A stretch of DNA of 64,000 bases from assembly GCA_051362555.1 (NCBI GenBank), contig CM120644.1:6828954-6892953 (forward strand). The letters are read 5' to 3'. The notes under the pieces were generated by a model that saw only the letters and a list, made by a program, of their open reading frames with translations, did not search any database and was not told the origin of the DNA. Shown piece after piece: positions 1-9,809 of the stretch (position 1 is the first letter of the stretch; the number at the start of each line of letters is the position of its first letter). The translations under genes were made by a program, and so were the position numbers. The stretch is from Lingula anatina (lineage: Eukaryota; Animalia; Brachiopoda).

Positions 1-1210
1 GAGCTATTACAGATGTATAAAAATGAAAATAATTACTCCTGTTAATCAGCTAAGTGACGGCAAAACAGTTAATGCTTTTTATCAATTACCTTGCTTAGCG
101 CAATGAAACATCAAAACGCTTGAATAAAACATGAATTAGGTCACATATGCAGTAATGCAGAAAGGGGCCATCGTTAATGGTTGATGTCGACGCTTCCTCT
201 GTCGAATTATTCAGAGACACAACTTATATTGTATCGCTATTATCTCCCTTAATGAAAAACGTTAATGCTTATAGCTCTTTGCTAGAAGCGGATAACACTG
301 GCAGGTAGAACCTTGGTATTGGTAGTGTCTTCTCATGCACGTGACCCTTTCCTATCTCCTCCCCATTCTGGGTAGACTTTGCTAGATTTCCCCCTCTCTT
401 TCTACCTTTGTCTCTTTCTTTAACTCTCTTTGTTTCTTTGACTTCTTTGTCTCCCCTCTCTCTTTCTCTCTCACATACACACACATTCACACACTACTTT
501 AAAACAAATTATTAATACCAGTAGATCAGCGCCGTCTGCTTACGTTTTGATGTGGGCTTGTTTACAAATAAATGATTATCATGTCAATTAGCGCAGTAGC
601 AAGGGACACTAATATCAATAATCCTTTGAAAGAGATACGCAAAAAAAAATCGCCAGCATCTTCAGTAGTGATAATAACCCAATCTTCAATTTCAGACTGT
701 TATTTTATTTTATTAAAATACTGCTGCTGCTGTGCGATTTACAGGTATAACAATCTCAGATTGTAAGACAAGATCCCTGAGAAACCTAGAATGCCCATAA
801 CAAATTTTGTTGTAGATTATGTTTTATTTATGAAGACAGCATATAATGCGTCAATTCTTTAAAAAGTGACCAAATGATCAGGATTATTTTTAAATGAAGC
901 ATATAAGGGTATACATTACCACTCGACACGCGTTTGGTCCTTAATTTAAAGGGAAGGGAGCAAAGAAAGTAATTAAGAAAGAGGGAAAAGAAACAAGGAA
1001 AGTAAACATATTTTAAAAGAAGGAAAAGAAAAAGAAGGAAAATATTTCATTTTCTCTACCATCGAGGTCCCCTTTGATGCGATTGAACACACAATGGCAG
1101 TTATTAATAATAATAATAATAACGAAAATATTAATCATACATGTATGTTTCAATTACACGTGCATTTGCTGGCTCTCTTTTCTGTGTTAAATCTAAATAT
1201 TTAATATCAA

Positions 1211-1213
<3 letters not shown>

Positions 1214-1285
<72 letters not shown>
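1214..1285. repeat. (TA)n microsatellite
   Basis: Read directly. Confidence 0.97.
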
Positions 1286-1289
<4 letters not shown>

Positions 1290-2782
1290 TTATTTAGACG
1301 AGCCAATACATAAACAATAGTAAAGAAAATCAGGTGAATCGACCTATATTTTATAAATTTCAAGGTTGTTCTTTTCTCTCAGCAGCGCCTGTATCGTACC
1401 CGTTGACAAAGGTAAAGCTGTCTTCCGCTGACCTCCATTATCAGACTGGCATATTTCAGAATAAAGGATTAGATTCTGGTGGATACTTCATCATACGCAC
1501 CAACAGTTCGCAGTCACAGTTCAGCGGCGCGCGGAAGTCAGTTATGGCTAGTCAACATATCATACATAGTACTGAACATACATACCGGGTAGAACAATCC
1601 TAGCCTTGCTTCTTATTATTTAAAGAACCAAAAATTGACACATTGAAAACGGAATGTTTTGACTGAAATAAATTAGAACAATGACATTTCGCCATTATAT
1701 AAAAGATAAATTCCTAGAATTTAGGCTCTTGGTTGTTTCATAAAGAATATTTTAGGCCGCTTATATCGTTTTCGGTTTTCACATCAACAAATTAGAGCTA
1801 TGTAATCATACCTCACGATACTTGTTATCTATATTTGTTTTATTGCGTGTGGACTTTCTGTGATAACTTATCAAAATGGCAATATCCGTGGTATTTATAA
1901 ATAAGCCTTCATAAGAAAACAGACAAGTTATAAGGCATAGAACATTTTACCTTATACTTGATCTGAAAAATTATAAACACGCAAATCTCTAGCCGTAACA
2001 AATTCCATAAATGATAATAATAAATAATAAATCATTACATGTCTGCATGTTTGTTTATGCAGCTCACAACATTTCGACGAGAGAAATCGGCAAATATCTG
2101 CATTTTAATCTAAATCCAGAGCTAATATCAATTTGTTGGAAGGGACCCTCCCTCCCTTCCAGGTGTGGTCATCCATGTGAGGTCACCTGTCCACCCCCCC
2201 CTGTCTTCAGTCTTACTTGTTTTGTGTTGCAGTCTCTTCCGGTCGGCTCTGTAGTTTCCACGTGCTCCTTCAGAGTTTAGCATTACATACTTTGCTTTCA
2301 ACAGACGGAGGTTTATTGAGTCAACAAAATGTAAATCACACGCATTCATTGCTTGAATTAAATTAGATTAAATTGAATCATATTCCATGTGTTATATTGC
2401 ATTCGTGATACACTACATATAAACTTATCTATACATGTCGGTGAAATTTCGTGCTTCGTCTGCCGCGAAGATGATTTAAATGATTAGAGCAGTCTTGTTC
2501 GTTCATATATCCTATCCAACCACTCCTCGGCAAAATAACCCAGGATTATTAGTGCATAACATCCATTTACTACAGATGCAAATAATGCTCACAGTTTTCA
2601 ACTAAAGCACCTTATTTTCCCCTTTTTTGTTGACTTAATGTCTTCCTATATTTGATTAAATAACCTATTACGTATTTAACATAACATGCGTACATGTATG
2701 TCTCGACGTCGATCTTCTCTGTCTATCTGCGTGTTATGTGCAAGTCGTTGATGCACGGTTGATTTTAATACGACTCACAAAC

Positions 2783-2787
<5 letters not shown>

Positions 2788-2826
<39 letters not shown>
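2788..2826. repeat. (GA)n microsatellite
   Basis: Read directly. Confidence 0.97.
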
Positions 2827-2829
<3 letters not shown>

Positions 2830-3805
2830 ACTAAAAAGAGAAAGAGAAAAGGGATCGGAATTCCATGGTCATACACCTGTTTTCAAATCTCTTATCACAA
2901 TTCCATGAATCAAATTCAAAACTAATGAATAAAATGAGGATCCGGTTTCATTACTAACACGCACACGACAACCAGTCATCTTATTTCAAGCAGCAAAACA
3001 CGCGTCATTGATTTGCCATCTCATGTGGTTATTGAATATTACCTGCGCAATATCATTTTAATGACTCATGCCTTATAAAGAGAGTCATCATTATCAAATA
3101 TTTACACTACTTTGATCGACCCTAAGGGAGCATCTAATAAAGGAAATCGAAAACCGTCGTTTCTCTATAAAAATTTACCAATTTGATAATAAATTATAAA
3201 TATTTTACCATGACACTCACATATACTGTTGGATATTTATTACATATGATAGTGAAGCAAGAGATAAAATGTAATCTTTGTTCCATTCGCCCGACAGGAA
3301 TTTATATTGTGCTATTTAACTAGTTATGTTTCATTGCTTTATTAGCACTGATCTTTTAGTATAACTTCAACCTTTTGGCTGTTATGTTTTAATAAGCTTA
3401 TTAAATTTTCAAAGAGGGCATGTTAGACATATTAATTCTTTTACCGATCGTGGTAAGGCACGCGTTGTTATATTTTCTGCCGATATTAAATGTTACCTTC
3501 TGAAAGGCGCAGAATAAAGTTAGAACGACCAAATGAGACTAGAAACTCGCCTTTCTGTGTTGAATTGTTCGTTACCACATTTTGCTTGCTGAGGTACGCA
3601 GGCCGCACCAAGTGAAGTGTGCTCCACTTTTATGTCCTCTACCATAAGTATTCTCTAGCTGTTACAAAACTATATGAAAAATTAATATGCATTTTTGTAG
3701 CAGCTATAGAAAGCCTCTGTTAAAGAGTACATATTTAATGGGAAAAGCGATTTTTCTCAGCATAAAACAGGATTACGGCGTACATGTATCCTAGAGCTTA
3801 TATGA

Positions 3806-3985
3806 GCCGGTGTTACAGGAATGGTAGTCCTCCAGGAACCGTAGTCCGTTCCCCATTACTTTGTACAGGTGGCATTTGGCCAATATACTAACCCCAATAG
3901 GCCTACTCCAAATAACCTTAGCCTGTACTAATCATATGGGACCCAGGACTTTCATTCCTAGGACTACCATTATTGTCACACAGGC
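3806..3985. mobile_element. Degenerate MITE-like element
   Basis: Left end GCCGGTGTTACAGGAATGGTAGTCCT versus reverse complement of the right end GCCTGTGTGACAATAATGGTAGTCCT; an AGGAA..AGTCC subrepeat in both arms. Confidence 0.6.
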
Positions 3986-4134
3986 GCCAATGTCAATGAG
4001 ATAAAACGATATGTCCTTCTGCCGCGTTTCCCTGGACAATATCCCATTAACCATACCGCCCTTGAGTACTGTTACTTTGGACTCATTAACCAAAATGTCC
4101 CTTTTAACTTCCATGTGTTTTTTTTTATCTGTAG

Positions 4135-4229
4135 AAATACTTTGAAAGCGTCGACACATCGGGGGACGGGCAGATTTCTCTGGAGGAATACATGGTAGCT
4201 ATGGGCTTAGTGCCACCTGTTCACCACAA
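4135..4229 (+). CDS. EF-hand protein internal exon (loop DTSGDGQISLEE)
   Basis: Poly-T tract and TAG acceptor 4132-4134; GTGAGT donor at 4230. Confidence 0.88.
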
Positions 4230-5300
4230 GTGAGTATATGCTTATACTTGATGTATTTTAGGCGGGTCCTAGGGTTATTTGAGTAAACGCATGGGCCACG
4301 AGGGCGGGTTGTGGGGTTGTACGGGCGGGTTGGGGTGGGGTGGGGTGGGGGAGAGGAGAAGGTGGGAGGGGGATACAGATGCAGGCTTCACAAAACGGCT
4401 TTAGATTCAAATTTTGTCTTTAATTTTAATTTTTTTCAAATTTGGTATACTCCATGTATAAAGCAAGTAAATAAATTAACCAATGAACATTTTAGAATTT
4501 TATTGACTACCACCGACTTTCTTTCATATTACAGCGGACATAAATTTTTGACTATAAGTTTAGATCAGTTTTCAGGTTAAAGTCTTTTTTTGTGAAACAG
4601 ACCCCATGGGAGGCAATTTCTTCCCCACTCTGCCCCCCCTCTCTCTCTTTGCTATGTTTCGATTCATTGTTATTCGTTGTGGTTGAGAATAGCTTTTTTC
4701 ATCTTCCAATTTATTAACTCTCCGAGGTTTGGTTGGTGTAACAGAACTGAGACTGTCACGAGTGTCTAGGTGACGAAATATTTAACGGTAATTAAAATGT
4801 TGTCCTGAAGTCTTATAAAAGAAAAAAAGGATTTTATGAATATTTGCAATTAGCTAAATTTGCCGCAAAGAAAAAAGTAAACAAACACTGTTTCAGAGGC
4901 CCAACTAAAACATTGTCTAGAATATGGCATCAGAAAATTTGCAGTAAAATATTTGGTGTGAATTGAATATTTTACGACCATGAATACTTCAATCAACATC
5001 AACTTAGACAGCAGTGAACATTTCCCTTAAAGCTACACTGTAGCAACGACTAATAGAAACTAAAGGTATATAAATTTTCCCAGGGCTGCGATGTTTCGAG
5101 GTGTCTTCCAACAGTTTGACAAGAACGGAGACGGGAAGATTGACAAGCACGAGCTGAAGGCTTGCCTGGCCGAGCTGGGACGGAATTACACCGAGGAAGA
5201 GACCGCCAGGTGGCTGGCTCAAATCGAAGATAAGGACGGAGACACCGAGACCATGAATTACGAAGAGTTTATTAAGGAGGTTTTCGGAGTCGACGTCTAA
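4135..5300 (+). CDS. Calmodulin-like EF-hand calcium-binding protein, 3' part (exons 4135-4229 and 5084-5300); 5' exon(s) not located
   Basis: Spliced: KYFESVDTSGDGQISLEEYMVAMGLVPPVHHK/AAMFRGVFQQFDKNGDGKIDKHELKACLAELGRNYTEEETARWLAQIEDKDGDTETMNYEEFIKEVFGVDV*. Two canonical EF loops and one atypical loop; compatible phase-2 junction (AA|GTGAGT ... CAG|G). Confidence 0.9.
4381..4605. mobile_element. Degenerate MITE, copy 1 of a family also at 17994-18254
   Basis: Imperfect ~50-bp TIRs (GGCTTCACAAAACGGCTTTAG... / ...TTTTGTGAAACAGACCCC); both ends align to 18200-18254. Confidence 0.55.
5084..5300 (+). CDS. EF-hand protein terminal exon (two EF hands)
   Basis: CAG acceptor 5081-5083; includes ORF 5091-5300; TAA stop. 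Confidence 0.92.
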
Positions 5301-5401
5301 ACGTGTGTTCTTTTTTTTCATGGAAATCGAACACGGTGCATAATTCCAACCAAATTCATTAATGACGTTTTTTTTCTGGCTTTGAAAATATTGTGGATTC
5401 A

Positions 5402-5407
5402 AATAAA
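5402..5407 (+). terminator. Polyadenylation signal of the EF-hand gene
   Basis: AATAAA about 100 nt after the stop, followed by T/GT-rich sequence. Confidence 0.6.
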
Positions 5408-8228
5408 AATTTGTTATGGCCAGCTTCACAATTTAAGTGTACCGTTTTTTTCTATTTTTTGTATGTTGTTACCTGTTTGTCTAATTCAGTAACTTATTTT
5501 TTGATTAATATTTGTCATGGGAAATAAGTACGATTCCTAATTGTACGTTGCTCCTTCGTTGACAACAGACATAAAACGTACAAAAAAACTTTGAAACTTT
5601 AACTTTATATATGTATCTTATATACATGTATTAGAGAAAACACACAGGTGGTGTGGGTAACATCTTTGTGATTTGGTAACTTATAAGTTTATTAATTGAC
5701 TTTTCTCGATATTGTAAGGTGACGGAAGTTTCGTTTCGCTGTAAATATTTAAAGATTTAGTTTTGTTATTTTATTTATTTCATATTAGATGCATTAGTTT
5801 TATTTGGAAAGGGGTTTGTTTGTTAGCTACCGTTATTTTTGTCGACATTTCCATTTTTAATTCTTTGGAATATTTATCCTGGGAAATGAATATAGCCGGT
5901 TACTAATGTTAGTGGGAATGTTTTTGGTACATGTATGTAATTAGATTCAATATAATCTGCCGCTCATTCTTAACATATCAAATGTTGGATCTTTCACCTA
6001 AAATATTTATTATTTCAAGTCTTCATTGTGAATATATTTTGATACACTAGCGATTTTAAGTATTTCTAGTCTGCATCGCTATTGATGTAAGCATAATGCA
6101 AGCTCACGAAGATGGATCAAATATTTGTATATTTTCATTTCTTATTTAATCAAACTAAAATCATTTCCCTTTTTATTGCGTCTTAAGAGGTTTTTTTTTT
6201 TATGAAAAGCGAACTGCACTGATGCGCAATCGTTGTTGCTTTCAACTGTCTCCCTCATACCGGCAATCCGGGGGAATATTGTAAGAAAATAAAACGGTTG
6301 GTTTTTTACAAAAGATCGTTTACATAATGAAGATTCTTAAAAATATTGCTTGGCAAGATCACTGTGCTGAAAATAAATAAATCTTTACTCTGGAAAAGTT
6401 ACAGACATGTAGTTGATGTTTATTTGTTGTTAGTTTTACTCCTCGATTGGTGTCTATTTTCTCATGATAAATGAATAAATAAATAAATAAATAAATGAAT
6501 AAATACAAAATTTAAATCGACGTAGTAGGCCTAACTGTTTTATTTGCATCTTCCTGCAATTTAATTTCATTAATTGTTTTTACTCGAATCCACTCCTAAC
6601 ATACTATTCTTTTTTTCTTTCCCGAAATCACAAGAGATTGAAATTCTACATAAGATAAATGGATTGATGAATATAGTTTATTGAATTCTTTTTGTTTGAA
6701 CAGACATATAAATGAAAATGTAAATTATTGATAGACGAAAAAGTTGACAAAGATTCAAATACATACCTGCTCTTGTCATTTTTTTCTGATTGTAAATTAA
6801 CTGTCTGTTTTCGGGTTATTTACAGTTCTTCAGGCAAAAATTAATTTTCTGTCCCTTTAAGAGTAGATTTATTTATTTTTTAAGCCGATATTGATGCAGT
6901 CACATTACAGCCAGGATAAAGGAAAACAGAGAAATGTGATATAACATTTAAATCGATTTAACATCGTCAACCGGTGTGATGGACAGCAATACGGTTTAAA
7001 ATGAGGTTTTGTGAAATTTCCACACTAAAATGACTTAAATCACTAAAACGACGGATATTTCGAGTATCTACATGTATGAACAAAATTCACAACCTTCACT
7101 TTGACATATTCACAATCTTTATAGGACAAGAATAAGACAAATGTTTGCGATATTTTTGTGTTTCGAAAATAAGAAGAAATAAAATATTACCGGCATAAGT
7201 TGCAAAATGGAGAAGTCCTTTTGCTCTGCTTTTACTCAAGTAAACAGGCGTATCATATGATTTAACTGACGAAAAAAAGAACACACTATTAACTGAAAGC
7301 GAAAAAAATCCATAGGTCCACAAAGTCCACACAGGTCTACATTTCTTTCATTCTTTTTTATCTGCCTGTAAACTGAAAATCCGTGCACGTGTATTTTCGC
7401 TCTGCTTAAGATGTGTGTGATAAGCCTAAAATAATTACATACAGACAACCTGCATAGCCCAAAAAAGTAATCATTCAGTTTATTTAAATCACTCTGATAT
7501 ATCTTCGCAAGCTTATATACAAAAACAGAGATGACAACAGGCTAGTATGTTGGGTTATACTAGAATGTTTTTTGTCCATGAGCTGAAAATGATTTGTTAG
7601 TATTAAAAATTATTATTGAAAATATTAGAATTCAAAATTTGTGATAAATTGTTTGTTCGTGATCTTTCAGTATAGAGATAGGGTCAGTTATGACCCATTC
7701 TTTGAGCAAAATACCTGTGAAAACCGACGTCTACCACCCAATCAGCCAGCAATAACAAACTCAAGAATAACTTCAAATTAAAAAATGTTGTAATAAAACC
7801 AAAAGCAATACCGATAAACGCAAAAAACATCTACATGAAGTTAAAAGAAGGCGGATTTAAAAATAATTGTTTTTATTTTTGATGAGATTTTGTTACCAAA
7901 GAATATGCATCATATCTTAATCAAACAAGATGGTTCAGGAACACCACTAAATTACGAGATTTCGCATGGCGGTTCTTAATCACAGTGAATCTTGATCGTT
8001 TTGATTTTTAAATAACTCTATGTTCCTTCGAAGTTCTGACGGTCCGATGTTGGGATTCTATGAAAAACCTACATTATATTGAACTTTTAGCAGGGGCCGA
8101 TTTTGGATTTATCGTCATGCGCTGAAATGGGATATTTCACACAACTTTTTTTCACCAAATTTACCTCTACAGCGCGGTATAGATAATATTAAAGACCACG
8201 CTGACGCCGACATAAACAACTGACGATT

Positions 8229-8234
8229 TTTATT
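8229..8234 (-). terminator. Candidate polyadenylation signal of the BMI1-like gene (3' UTR about 1.6 kb)
   Basis: TTTATT on + (AATAAA on -) at the end of a U/GU-rich stretch; another candidate lies near 9525. Confidence 0.35.
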
Positions 8235-8876
8235 TTCAACAGTCATGCAGTAATGGATCATATGTCACAGACAAAAAAACATCTTCAGTCTTGCTCCTCG
8301 TGAGCTTAAACAAGATAATCAAAATCAAAATTACGTTTTGAGTAACGAACATAATCAACTCGCTCCTAATCGTTATATACTAGTTAAACCACAGCACATG
8401 CTCTCTGTACAAAATTTACACATATCTGGTGTCTGTATGTTGAATACGTATGGTGTATAGAAACGGCCATGCCTGGGCAATACATAAAACGATAAAATAT
8501 ATGTAATATACATAAAATTAAAACAATACATCATTGCTTGCACTTGCTCTAACCACATCAGTCGTTTGTACATTCTCCCTCATATTTTTACACGACATAC
8601 ACTCGCGTTCACAATAAGCATATACGTTTACATCTCCACATTAAATTCAGTTGGTCCACCTCCGCCCATCTTCTCCAATGTCATTGGTCCATATAAAAAC
8701 CATCTAAGGTTGCTCCGCATTGATTAGCTGAAATGACACGCCGAACAGTGTCTTTGCTGACTTCTGCTAGAGAGAACTAGTATAATGTACTCGTTCCTGC
8801 GTTTCTAGTTCTTTTTGTGCGTTATTAAGTGTTTCTGTTCTATTTTTCTTAAACTGTATCGCTTTGTTAACGAAGA

Positions 8877-8910
8877 TAATAATAATAATGATGATAATAA
8901 TAATAATAAT
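8877..8910. repeat. (AAT)n microsatellite
   Basis: Read directly; interrupted by GAT units. Confidence 0.9.
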
Positions 8911-9491
8911 CTTCCCAGGAATTATGTTGCATTCCTTCTTGAAAAATAAAACGTTAACATTCTTCAAACGTGCAGTTTTTCCTACGGTTTCATCCAGATT
9001 GGTGTACAGATCATTTCACCTTCTACGTGTATGTCTCTTTTGAAGAGAATAGTTTTCAATATTTTACATATAAACATCAAATCACCACTTACTAAATACA
9101 ACTTGTATTTTCCATCACCTCTACCTCTTTTCGTCATTTCTATACATCTTTTAATAGGTTAAAGAGGTCATAATATTTGTGAACACATTCTTATATTGCC
9201 TCAACGTACACAAGTTTTACTTCATCTTTGTGAACAGATATGAACCAAAAAAGCTGAACAAATTGTTCCATTAAACTAATACAGCGATCTTTACAATATC
9301 TCAGCAATGTCGTGCTTTCTGAGAAGTTTTTGTCTTAATACAACGAACATGCATCTACAAATACGACAAGGAGATACACCTAGATGCCCCTCGCTTCCAT
9401 CATTTTTCAATATGATCACGTTTTTTCAGTGTGTGCCATTTTTGAAAGCACAAGGCCAATATCTGTATACTTGCACAATGTATGTATCAAT

Positions 9492-9762
9492 TTTTTGAAA
9501 GACAAAAAAATAATATCTAAAAAGTTTATTTTTAAAATATCCCAAATTTACAAAACACACGCTTTAGAACTTCACTCAAATTACCTTCACGGCAATTTAA
9601 CAATAATCGATGTGCCTTCATTCACTTTTTGAAAGACAAAAAATAAAAAATCAAAAAGGTTTTTTTTTTATCAGATAATATCTAAAATTTACAAGATACA
9701 TGCTTTTGAACTCTATTCAAATTACATTCACGATAATTTAACAACAACTGACGCGCCTTCAA
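9492..9762. repeat. Diverged tandem duplication, about 134-bp unit x2, in the BMI1-like 3' UTR
   Basis: Both units (9492, 9626) begin TTTTTGAAAGACAAAAAA and share AAATTTACAA, TCAAATTAC, AATTTAACAA and GCCTTCA in the same order. Confidence 0.9.
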
Positions 9763-9809
9763 TTAATCAAATATCAAATGCAATGTCTAGGCATTCTACA
9801 CAAATATAA

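Noticed and set aside
1334-3200. Possible 5' exons or promoter of the EF-hand gene (ORF 1334-1603, AT|GTAAAT at 2329, AP-1 plus TATA at 3061-3080)
   Set aside because: None encodes the expected first EF hand; the missing exon probably lies before the window.
3454-3464. TAAGGCACGCG, the first 11 nt of miR-124
   Set aside because: The 3' half diverges and there is no complementary star arm or hairpin.
5004-5429. 141-aa minus-strand ORF
   Set aside because: Antisense to the EF-hand exon.
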